From Planctomycetota bacterium (GTDB lineage: Bacteria > Planctomycetota > SZUA-567 > H5-PLA8), in contig JBBRPR010000031.1 in NCBI GenBank assembly GCA_038227875.1, positions 1 through 64,000 on the forward strand: a stretch of DNA of 64,000 nt, in the 5' to 3' direction. The notes under the pieces were generated by a model. It saw only the letters and a list, made by a program, of their open reading frames with translations, was not told the origin of the DNA and did not search any database. The translations under genes were made by a program, and so were the position numbers. Below, piece by piece: positions 44,231-55,210 of this stretch. The stretch's first letter is position 1. Each line of letters starts with the position of its first letter.

Positions 44231-45286
44231 ATGCACTCGCCGCACACTGCCGCGGCCTTGCCCGCGGCCAACAACGGGAGTCCCACCCAATCGGCTCCCT
44301 GCCCGTCCATCGAAACGATGGAGCCCCACGACCTCACGGCGATCTTCCCGTTGATGAGCGAGGCGGATTATGCAGCGCTGGTCGCCGACATCCGCGACAA
44401 GGGGCAGCTCGAGCCGGTCTGGACGTACGCCGGCAAGGTCATCGACGGCCGCCACCGCTTGCGCGCCTGCAAAGAATTGGGCGTGACGCCCAAGACGCGC
44501 GAATGGGACGGCAACGGCTCGCTCCTCGAGTTCGTGATCTCGCTGAACTTGCGGCGCCGCCAGCTCAAGGAAAATCAGCGCGCGATGGTCGCCGCGCGGC
44601 TGATGCCGATGTTTACAGAGGAAGCGCTACAGCGGATGAATGTCAAAGGAGTGGTCAAAAGCCAACCCCAGGCAAATTTGCCTGAGGGTCAGGCACGCGA
44701 TCAGGCGGGCAAATGCCTGAATGTCTCAGGCAGAAGTGTCACTCATGCTCGCAGACTCCTTGATCGTGGCATCCCCGCTCTAATCGCCAAAGTCGACACC
44801 GGCCAGCTCGCGGTGTCGGCGGCGGCGAAGATCGCGGCGCTTCCGGCGGAGGAGCAGAAGCGCATGCTGATGCTCAACCGCCGCGAAATCGCCGACGCGT
44901 TCCGGCTCGCCAGGCCGGCCCAGCCACCGGAACCGGCGCAGACCAGCACGCCCGCCCCGGCCCAACTGGAAAAGGCGGAGCCGCCGGCACAACCCGCGGC
45001 GGATCCATCACCTCCGCCGCAGGAAGCGGAGCGACCGACGTACCGCTATCCGCGCGCGGTGCGCAAACGCGAGACGGAAGCCGATGAGCGTCGTGACGAC
45101 GCGTTCATCAAGGCGATCTACAACGGCATCTGGTGCGATCTTCGCAAATGCGACGAAGGTCTGCGTTTGAAGGTGTCGGTGGGCAACTGGTACAACGAGC
45201 TGGCCGAGTTGTTTCGCCACCCGCTCTTCCCCGACCTGCTCGACCGCGGCGTGCTGGTGATGCGCAGCGACGAGCAACAACTGTAG
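44231..45286 (+). CDS. ParB/Srx N-terminal domain protein with HTH (phage/ICE-type ParB-like)
   Basis: GGAGG RBS; FPLMS...LVADIRDKGQLEPV...VIDGRHRLRAC (GxxRxxA); NLRRRQL; HTH ARDQAGKCLNVSGRSVTHARRL. Confidence 0.85.
   Translation: MHSPHTAAALPAANNGSPTQSAPCPSIETMEPHDLTAIFPLMSEADYAALVADIRDKGQLEPVWTYAGKVIDGRHRLRACKELGVTPKTREWDGNGSLLEFVISLNLRRRQLKENQRAMVAARLMPMFTEEALQRMNVKGVVKSQPQANLPEGQARDQAGKCLNVSGRSVTHARRLLDRGIPALIAKVDTGQLAVSAAAKIAALPAEEQKRMLMLNRREIADAFRLARPAQPPEPAQTSTPAPAQLEKAEPPAQPAADPSPPPQEAERPTYRYPRAVRKRETEADERRDDAFIKAIYNGIWCDLRKCDEGLRLKVSVGNWYNELAELFRHPLFPDLLDRGVLVMRSDEQQL
44668..44732. repeat. intragenic array of six (T)CAGGC(A) half-sites, including a perfect 16-bp palindrome
   Basis: CCAGGCA 44668, TGCCTGA 44679, TCAGGCA 44689, TCAGGCG 44701, TGCCTGA 44714, TCAGGCA 44726; palindrome CAGGCAAATTTGCCTG at 44669-44684. 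Confidence 0.85.
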
Positions 45287-45461
45287 TCGTTGTTGAACGA
45301 TGAATGAGGAGCGATGGATGATGAACGCCGAAAGCTGATCGTGGATCGCAGGCTTGAGGCTTTATCATTCATCGCTCTGAGCTCTGAGCAATCTACCCTC
45401 TTGAAAAGGGGGGGAGGTCCAAGGCCGCCGGACGCGCGCGAAAATCGAAGGCAGACCCGTT

Positions 45462-45914
45462 ATGCTTCGAAACATGCTGAGTGACGAGATCCACACAAAA
45501 ATTACAACGCTCTGCGCCTCGGCCGATGCGTACGTGGAAGGGAAGAAATTTGAACTCGCCATGCGGCTTTATCAGGAAGCGTGGGATTTGTTGCCGGAAC
45601 CCAGGCACGACTGGGATGCGGCGACGTGGATACTTTCGGCGCTTGGCGATTGTTGTTATCTGAGTGGGGATTACGCGCGATCAGTGGCCTTGTTCACGGA
45701 ATGTTTGCGCTGCCCCAATGCGCTGGCCAATCCATTTATTCATCTCCGCCTGGGTGAATCGCACTTCGAATTGGGAAATGAAACGTCAGCCGCAGATGAA
45801 TTGACGCGCGCGTACATGGGCGCAGGGAAGGAAATCTTCGCGGACGAGGCACCCAAATATTTTGAACTGCTCAAACGAGTACTGAAACTTCCTCCGGGGC
45901 AGACTGAGCTTTGA
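45462..45914 (+). CDS. small tetratricopeptide-repeat protein
   Basis: YQEAWDLLPEP...WILSALGD...NPFIHLRLGESHFELG...ELTRAYM. Confidence 0.8.
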   Translation: MLRNMLSDEIHTKITTLCASADAYVEGKKFELAMRLYQEAWDLLPEPRHDWDAATWILSALGDCCYLSGDYARSVALFTECLRCPNALANPFIHLRLGESHFELGNETSAADELTRAYMGAGKEIFADEAPKYFELLKRVLKLPPGQTEL

Positions 45915-46484
45915 AATCGCGGGCGGCGGAGCATCTGTCCGGCTGATCTAGCCCCCTACCCCCTTTTCAAGGTGGGGGAGAATTTCTCGAAGTCGTACGT
46001 GTTTTTCGGCAGGGGTGCGTCTGTCCTGGAGCTTCTTGTTGCTCAGGCAACCCGGCCCGAGGGGCCGGCCACCCATCGCGGGTTTCGCCACGCTCGCCGC
46101 TTCCGGATTCATCATTCATCAATCTGAACTCTAATTTTCTCCCGCCTCCGAATTTCTCCGCCCCTACCACGCTCAAACCGACCGCTCGCACCTGCGCGCC
46201 CCCAACTCTGAGCCCTGGCCCCTGACCGCTGCCCCCTCGCGCTGCGAAGCGTCAGCGTAGCAGCGCGCGCACGCATATATCGAAACTGCGCATTATTTTC
46301 CGAAAAACGCTAAAGAAATAATCTTTCAGAACTCACCATTCGGCGGCCCTTTTTCTGCATTCCCACCTTAGGAAGGCCGATATTTCCATACTGGTCGGCA
46401 AAGAAAACCGGATCTCAGTGCGCAGCGGCAGCGATGCGCGCGCTTCACGATCCGTAGCTTAAGGCACTGGGGAGCCCACCTGAG

Positions 46485-47258
46485 ATGACGCAACCACGCA
46501 GCTCGATCGCCGCCATTCTATTTTTGCTCTGCGCCACGGCTCTGACGGGTCTGAGCGGCACGGCCAACGGCGCTGAACTCGGCACGAAGCTCGGCACGCG
46601 CCCGTTGACGCCGGAGAATTTTCTCGATGGCACCGTGCGCCTGCGGCTGCGCACCACCGACGGCGGATTCGTGAGGACCGGCTGGGGGGCGGCCTTCGCG
46701 GTGGACCTTTCGCGCTACGGTTTGATGAGCTCCCGCTACCTGCTCACGGCGGCGCATTTGATCAACACGGAAAACGGGCAGATCATGCCCCGCGGCGATC
46801 TGGACGTCGAAGTGGAAAACAACACCTGGGCCACCTGCAAAGTGGTGGCGATGGACAAGAACCGCGATCTGTGCCTGCTGGAATGCAGCGTGCGCATGCC
46901 GGTGCTCTCGAAGCTCTCGACGGGCGGCGATGTTAAGACCGTCGGCGACAAAATCGTGGTCGTGGGCTGTCCGCGCGGTGTGCCGCCGTGCGAAAGCCGC
47001 GGGATGATGACGGATTTCCAACCCAATGTTAACGGCGTGCGCTGGCAGGCTGCGGCGCAGTTCAATCACGGCAACTCCGGCGGCCCGGTTTACAGCGAAC
47101 GGACCGGCGCGGTGATCGGCGTGGCAGTGGCCGGCGTTTCCGATGGCATGGGCGACATGCGCCCCGACATCGCGCTCTTCGCACCGTACACGGAGATCCG
47201 CAATTTTCTGAACCTGACCATGGCCGCGCGCTCCGTCGCGCAAGCCAGACGTCGCTGA
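46485..47258 (+). CDS. secreted trypsin-like serine protease
   Basis: Signal peptide; LLTAAH, RDLCLL, GNSGGP catalytic motifs. Confidence 0.9.
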   Translation: MTQPRSSIAAILFLLCATALTGLSGTANGAELGTKLGTRPLTPENFLDGTVRLRLRTTDGGFVRTGWGAAFAVDLSRYGLMSSRYLLTAAHLINTENGQIMPRGDLDVEVENNTWATCKVVAMDKNRDLCLLECSVRMPVLSKLSTGGDVKTVGDKIVVVGCPRGVPPCESRGMMTDFQPNVNGVRWQAAAQFNHGNSGGPVYSERTGAVIGVAVAGVSDGMGDMRPDIALFAPYTEIRNFLNLTMAARSVAQARRR

Positions 47259-47278
47259 GCGATCTCGGAATGTCGAAT

Positions 47279-47313
47279 GAAAAACGCGCCGCTACATGCG
47301 GCGCGTTTTTTTT
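47279..47313 (+). terminator. intrinsic terminator after the protease gene
   Basis: AAAAACGCGCCGC-TACAT-GCGGCGCGTTTTTTTT. Confidence 0.85.
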
Positions 47314-47333
47314 AATTTGCGTGAGTTCCACGA

Positions 47334-47524
47334 GCTTTTTGTAGTCCGGGCGTCTCGCCCGGTCTGACCTTGGCACAGACAGTTAGATGAATTCGTTCGT
47401 TAAACGTGCTGTATTGCGAAGCAAAGGCTGTTTGCTTCGCGATAAAGCAAGCGCTGCTTGGGAAGTTTGCTTCAGTTGAATTGGACGAGGTTAGACCGGG
47501 CGAGACGCCCGGACTACAAAAAGC
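47334..47524. mobile_element. REPIN-like element: two inverted GTAG-type REP sequences flanking a 117-bp spacer
   Basis: 37-bp inverted repeats at 47334-47370 and 47488-47524 (36/37 match), each GTAG followed by the hairpin CCGGGCG-TCT-CGCCCGG. Confidence 0.75.
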
Positions 47525-47578
47525 ACTCGCTTCGCCCTTCGACATTCCTTGTTCGCGCCATTCGCCATTCGACATTCC

Positions 47579-50185
<2,607 letters not shown>

Positions 50186-50283
50186 ACGGTACCCTCCTTG
50201 ACCGGCCATGCGCGGGGAACGGAGTCATTGGGCATTGGGTCATCGGTCATTTTTCATTTTTAACTGCTCGCAAGCGGTTCAAT

Positions 50284-50450
50284 AACAACCCACGTACCAA
50301 CGGATGGGTTTCAGGGTAGTTTTATAAATGTTGAATGGGATTGGTGTTGCGACGTGACGTTGGAGGGCGCGAGGAGGGGGGCGTGTCATTCTGACGTGGC
50401 AATGTTCTCAGACTTGAGAACGAGCAGGCACGGTGGCGCGTTGGCCACCG
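50284..50450 (-). promoter_or_regulatory. putative sigma54 promoter of clpB with upstream palindromic activator sites
   Basis: Minus strand TGGTACG-TGGG-TTGTT (50299-50284); AT-rich spacer; palindromes at 50385-50395, 50404-50421 (GTTCTCA-GACT-TGAGAAC) and 50431-50450. Confidence 0.45.
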
Positions 50451-50487
50451 TACCTTCTATAGAAGCGGGCTATCTGTGCGTGGAGCT

Positions 50488-51156
50488 TTATTCGTCGGCG
50501 GGGCCGGAGGGGCGCTTGGTGGCGATGGGCGTCGCCTTCTTGTCGTCCTTGGGCTTGTCCTCACCGGGCTGCGCGATGCCTTTGATCTTCAAGTCGTCGC
50601 CCTTGGCGGCGACCTTGTCCTTGTCTTTATCCTTCTCTTTGGGCGCGTCCTTTTCCTTCTCGACCTTGTGCGACTTGTCGTATTCTTCGATCTGCTTGGC
50701 GGCCGCCATGAAGCGTTCGGGCGTCATCAGGTCGGCGGCGGTCTGGCGATCGAACCAGACGAGCATCAGGTTGTCGGAGGACATCAGGAGCACCGAGGCG
50801 CCATTCTTGGAATGTTCGCGGAGTTCCTTGGGCCAGCCGCGGGCTTCGAGTCCATCGTAACGGACTTTGAAGCGCGAGAATTTTTTCAGTGCGGCCTGTA
50901 CGTCCTCGTTGCCGAGCCAGTCCTTGCCTTCCATTTTTTCGGCGAAGTTGTTGCGGTAGATATCCAGATCGTAGAAGTAGATGACCTTGGGCGAAGCGAG
51001 CGCTTTGACGTCGTCGTAATTGCGGGCGGACCAGGTCTTGACCGAAGCGGCCGAGCCGCCGCGGTATTCGGTCGCGGAGACGCGGACCTGAGCGAGCAGA
51101 AGGACGGGCAGCGCGATAAGAATCAATCTACAACATGCGGATGGACGCATGGGCAT
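50488..51156 (-). CDS. secreted hypothetical protein with charged C-terminal tail
   Basis: GAGG RBS; signal peptide; high GC3. Confidence 0.75.
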   Translation of the reverse strand: MPMRPSACCRLILIALPVLLLAQVRVSATEYRGGSAASVKTWSARNYDDVKALASPKVIYFYDLDIYRNNFAEKMEGKDWLGNEDVQAALKKFSRFKVRYDGLEARGWPKELREHSKNGASVLLMSSDNLMLVWFDRQTAADLMTPERFMAAAKQIEEYDKSHKVEKEKDAPKEKDKDKDKVAAKGDDLKIKGIAQPGEDKPKDDKKATPIATKRPSGPADE

Positions 51157-51423
51157 TTCCTCTTCGTAAAGGGCTCGGGACGAATTACAGTCGAAGTATT
51201 GACGAATGCAACGTTACTGCCGATGCGAAAATTATCGTGGTTTTGACTAAGTTTCACAACAAAAATACGTCATTCCGCTCTTCGCACACGTGCATAATGT
51301 GTTGTCGTTTGTAATATAGCGAATGATTATCACGGGTGGTTTTTCGAGTCGCCGACCAAATTTATTTCCGGCGCGTGCGGAGACGGGCTGAATTTCAATC
51401 AGCTCTGACTGAGGATCGGTTAT

Positions 51424-51586
51424 GGGCGCCTTGCGTGTGATGGGCGGCTTGGTTGAAGTATGCGGCCTCGCGAGGTCTGGATCAGTCCGGTGAACAGTGG
51501 TCGGGGGCGTGGGCGTGTGTGATGGACGGCAGAGTCGAAGAGTGCGCGCTGGTAAGGTCTCGATCAGTCCGGAGAAAAGTGGTCGG
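51424..51586 (+). repeat. diverged tandem duplication with a period of about 82 bp upstream of tRNA-Gln
   Basis: 32-nt cores at 51473-51504 and 51555-51586 match at 29/32; the upstream GTGTGATGG.CGGC segment is also repeated. Confidence 0.75.
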
Positions 51587-51684
51587 TTACTGATCACCGG
51601 TCATGCGTCGATCACTGCAGTGTCTTCTTGAAGAAATCGCGGTGAGGGAGTAATGTGAATTTTCACACGCAGCGAAGCACTCAC

Positions 51685-51755
51685 TTCCGGGTGGTGTAAC
51701 GGTAACACTAGGGATTTTGGTTCCCTCATTCCAGGTTCGAATCCTGGCCCGGAAA
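51685..51755 (+). tRNA. tRNA-Gln (TTG), CCA not encoded
   Basis: Acceptor TTCCGGG/CCCGGAA; anticodon arm AGGGA-TTTTGGT-TCCCT; T arm CCAGG-TTCGAAT-CCTGG; possible promoter TTGAAG-17-TAATGT at 51628-51656. Confidence 0.95.
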
Positions 51756-51913
51756 TATCAAATATTGCAGGTTGTAGTGTAAGACAATTCGCGAAGGCAC
51801 AAGCGATTCTGATATTGGATAACAATCCCGATTTTGACCAATGTAACAAGGTAATGAGACAAAAACGCCGCCGCAGGTGAAGTCGTCCGTTCCACACGCA
51901 GGCAGGTGACACG

Positions 51914-52432
51914 ATGATGCCCAAATTTTTCGGCCTGTTCGCTCTCTCCATACTGACGCTGAGCGTCGTCGTGCATCTCTCGACTTTTCTGCCGACGCCA
52001 ATGTTCTTCATGGCATCCGCATGGCCGCTCCATATCGGCGCGATGCTTGCGTTTTTTCCGATGATCTTCTGGCTGCAGCGGCTGAAGAAGCAGACCAACC
52101 TGGCGCCGGACGTCACGCGGAATTTCAACCGCCTGCTCGGAACCTATCTTTCCCCGCCGCTGCGGATGCTATTTTTTGTCGTCGGCATGTATACGATAAT
52201 CAACTTCTGCATCTTTGGTTACAATCTGTCGGAAGGCACTCCGACGCCCGTCGGCGACCACTACGAAATTAAATCCCACGGCCGCTTCGTCCGCACCATC
52301 ACCAAAGACGAATACGACCACCTGCAGGCCTGCCTGCTCCGCGGCTTCTCGGGCCACTGGATCTTCTTCTCGTTTGCGCCCACTGTTTTTTTTCTGGTCT
52401 GCGTTCCAAAACTGCCGGTGAAGGAAACGTGA
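51914..52432 (+). CDS. hypothetical integral membrane protein
   Basis: About four hydrophobic segments; AGGTG RBS. Confidence 0.7.
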   Translation: MMPKFFGLFALSILTLSVVVHLSTFLPTPMFFMASAWPLHIGAMLAFFPMIFWLQRLKKQTNLAPDVTRNFNRLLGTYLSPPLRMLFFVVGMYTIINFCIFGYNLSEGTPTPVGDHYEIKSHGRFVRTITKDEYDHLQACLLRGFSGHWIFFSFAPTVFFLVCVPKLPVKET

Positions 52433-52468
52433 GCTTGAGACTCCGTAGGAACTCCGGCTAACTCGATT

Positions 52469-53146
52469 TCAGATTCGTATCTGGCCGGCCCCTCTCGCGC
52501 GCCGCTGCACCCAGATGACGGGCACGAAGATCAGCGCGGCGCTGAGGTATTCGCTGGCGGCAATCAATTGGGGGCGGTTGACGGCGCCGAGGATTGTGCT
52601 GCCGCTGCCGAAGGCCATGATCACGCAACCGATCCCAATCAGGATTGAAATGGGGCTCAGCAGCGACGCCCACGCCAGCAGCACCAGCGCGGCGCGGACG
52701 AGGGCGTGTTGAATTTTCAGCGCGTGAATCCATTCCAGTGCCAGGAGCGTGCCGGGAAAGGTAACGAGTAAGCCCGCGGCCAGATAGAAGGCCAGGGTTG
52801 CCACGTCCATGGCGGTCAGCGCGTTGGCGCGGATGCCAAATCCGCGGATGCCGTAGATCATCGCCAGCGAGCCACCGAAAACCGAGAGCAGCAATTCGAG
52901 CAGCGGCCATTGCATCCGCGTCAGCAGTTCATAAAAAATTCCGACGATTAATAACGCGAAGCTGCCCAGACCGAGAACGACCGCACAACCACACAGCACA
53001 TTGCTGCGATAAAGGTCCCCTGCGATTCCCACCGGAAACGCGGAGAGGATGCTGCCAAAAAGAAGAGCGGCATGCCGGACAAGGAAATTGGGGCGACGCT
53101 GCAGTTCCATGCAGAAATTGAACCCATCCCGCTGCAAAATAGCCAC
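52469..53146 (-). CDS. hypothetical integral membrane protein; start uncertain
   Basis: Multiple hydrophobic segments over 225 codons. Confidence 0.6.
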   Translation of the reverse strand: MAILQRDGFNFCMELQRRPNFLVRHAALLFGSILSAFPVGIAGDLYRSNVLCGCAVVLGLGSFALLIVGIFYELLTRMQWPLLELLLSVFGGSLAMIYGIRGFGIRANALTAMDVATLAFYLAAGLLVTFPGTLLALEWIHALKIQHALVRAALVLLAWASLLSPISILIGIGCVIMAFGSGSTILGAVNRPQLIAASEYLSAALIFVPVIWVQRRARGAGQIRI

Positions 53147-53217
53147 AAAAATCCCGCTCGACTTGCTAGACTTTCTTTCATCCCAGGTCCGTCAATTTTC
53201 ACCCGAGGTTTTACGCG

Positions 53218-55068
53218 ATGACTGAACGCGAAATCTGGCTGCCTTCGATTTTTGGCGACAACATGATGCTCCAGGCCGACGTGCCGACGGTGATCTGGGG
53301 GCACGCAGAGCCGCGGGAGCGGATCGTGATTGAGATCGCCGGGGCGCGGGTGAAGACCACGGCGGACGCGAAGGGCGATTTTCGGGCCCGACTGCGGCCG
53401 CTTAAGGCGGGCGGGCCGTTCGTGCTGAAAATTCGTGGCGGCACCGAGCGCACGCTTGAGAACGTGCTGGTCGGCGATCTCTGGTTGTGTTCGGGGCAGT
53501 CGAACATGGACTGGTCGGTGTCGAGTTCCCGCGATGCGGACTCGGAGATTGCCGGCGCGCGCTTTCCGAAGATCCGGTTGTTCAGCGTGGCTCAGCGCGC
53601 GTCGCTGGTGCCGTGCCTGGACGTGGAAGGAAAATGGGCGGAGTGCAGTCCGCAGACTGTCGGCGATTTTTCGGCGACGGCGTATTTCTTCGGCCGGGAA
53701 GTGCATCAAAAAAGCGGGCGGCCGCTGGGGCTGATCAATGCCTCGTGGGGCGGTACGAAGGTTGAGCCGTGGATCAGTCCGGCGAGCTTGAAAAGCTACG
53801 ATGGCTACACGGCGCTGATCAAGCCGTATCGCGAGTACTTGCGGCCGGGCGTCGCTACGGAGGCCAGCTCGTTTCATAAGGACCGTTCGAACATTGGCGT
53901 TGGACAGGGCTGGGCCACGACGGAGTGCTCCACGGCCGGTTGGAAGACGATGCAATTGCCCTGCTACTGGACTGGCCAGGGGATCAAGCAGGTCGGCGCG
54001 TTCTGGTTTCGGAAGACTGTGAACGTTCCGGCGTCGTGGAAGGGCGAAGACCTTTATTTGAGTCTCGGGCCGATCGTGGACTTCGACACGACGTATTTCA
54101 ATGGCGTCAAAGTGGGCGGCATTGGGATCGAGACGAAAGGGTTCTGGGACGTGCCGCGCAAGTATCTGGTGCCGGCGGCGCTGGTGAAGCCGGGGCGCAA
54201 CTGCATCGCGGTGCGCGTCTTCGCTCATAATTTGAACGGCGGCTTCGGCGGGAAGAAAGAGACGCTGCAATTGTCGGTGATCAACAAGCCTGGCAAGGGC
54301 ACGGTGGCTCTGGCCGGCACGTGGAATTATCGGATCGAACGCGCGCTGCCGCCCAAGGGGCAGCTCAGCCGCGCGGTGGTGCCGGGCACGCTTTATAATG
54401 CGATGATTCATCCGCTGGTGGACATTCCGGTCAAAAGATTTCTCTGGTACCAGGGCGAATCGAATGTTCACGATGCGCCGGCGTACCGAAAACTGTTTCC
54501 GCTGCTGATCACGGATTGGCGGAAGCGCTGGGGCCGGGCGGGTCTTCCTTTTTATTTTGCGCAGCTCCCCGACTACGGCGGTCCGGTCGGCGACAACCTG
54601 GCGCTGTTGCGCGAAGCTCAGTTGATGACGCTAAAAGTTCCACAGACCGGAATGGCCGTGATCGTGGACGGCGGCGAGCGGGACGTGCATCCGCGGAACA
54701 AGCAACTGGTTGGGCATCGGTTGGCGCTGCAGGCGTTGGCCAAAACGTACGGCAAGAAAATCGACGCGTCGGGGCCGCTCTATAAGAGGTGCCGAATTGA
54801 GGGGCCGATCGCGCGGATTGAGTTCGAGCATGTCGGCCGGGGCTTGAAGTTGCGCGGCGGCAAAACGCCGAGCGGATTTATGATCGCTGGAGCTGACCGG
54901 CGCTGGGTGGAGGCGGAGGCTCGCGTTCAGAAGGATACGGTGCTGGTGTGGAGCCCCGAGGTTTCGCGCCCGCGGGCGGTGCGGTATGCGTGGGGGTCGA
55001 CGCCGCCGTGCACGCTTTACAATCAGGCGGGGTTGCCGGCTTCACCGTTCAGGACGGACGGTTGGTAG
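53218..55068 (+). CDS. sialate O-acetylesterase (SASA) family with inserted sugar-binding domain
   Basis: LPSIFGDNMMLQ, WLCSGQSNM, SWGGT, LYNAMIHP, WYQGESN, VHPRNKQ, GLPASPFRTD. Confidence 0.92.
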   Translation: MTEREIWLPSIFGDNMMLQADVPTVIWGHAEPRERIVIEIAGARVKTTADAKGDFRARLRPLKAGGPFVLKIRGGTERTLENVLVGDLWLCSGQSNMDWSVSSSRDADSEIAGARFPKIRLFSVAQRASLVPCLDVEGKWAECSPQTVGDFSATAYFFGREVHQKSGRPLGLINASWGGTKVEPWISPASLKSYDGYTALIKPYREYLRPGVATEASSFHKDRSNIGVGQGWATTECSTAGWKTMQLPCYWTGQGIKQVGAFWFRKTVNVPASWKGEDLYLSLGPIVDFDTTYFNGVKVGGIGIETKGFWDVPRKYLVPAALVKPGRNCIAVRVFAHNLNGGFGGKKETLQLSVINKPGKGTVALAGTWNYRIERALPPKGQLSRAVVPGTLYNAMIHPLVDIPVKRFLWYQGESNVHDAPAYRKLFPLLITDWRKRWGRAGLPFYFAQLPDYGGPVGDNLALLREAQLMTLKVPQTGMAVIVDGGERDVHPRNKQLVGHRLALQALAKTYGKKIDASGPLYKRCRIEGPIARIEFEHVGRGLKLRGGKTPSGFMIAGADRRWVEAEARVQKDTVLVWSPEVSRPRAVRYAWGSTPPCTLYNQAGLPASPFRTDGW

Positions 55069-55210
55069 CTTAGGGGCGATTCACGCTTCGGGTATTTTCG
55101 AAATCCCCAGGTCGGAATCGTCCCTCTTTTATACGGTATTGGCCTTGGTATTTCCCCGAGCGGGAAGTGTATGTGATTCTGTGCGACTAACGACCACACA
55201 GGAGATTTCT

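Noticed and set aside
43706..46480. Prophage remnant around the ParB-like gene
   Set aside because: No structural, replication or integrase genes are present, only one ParB-like and one TPR gene.
50186..50480. CIRCE (HrcA) operator upstream of clpB
   Set aside because: No TTAGCACTC-N9-GAGTGCTAA-like sequence is visible.
51473..51586. 32-nt direct repeats 50 nt apart as a mini CRISPR array
   Set aside because: Only two imperfect copies, the intervening sequence is itself part of the duplication, and no cas genes are in the window.
51685..53146. Genomic island integrated at tRNA-Gln
   Set aside because: No integrase follows, and no duplicate of the tRNA 3' end was seen in the rest of the window.
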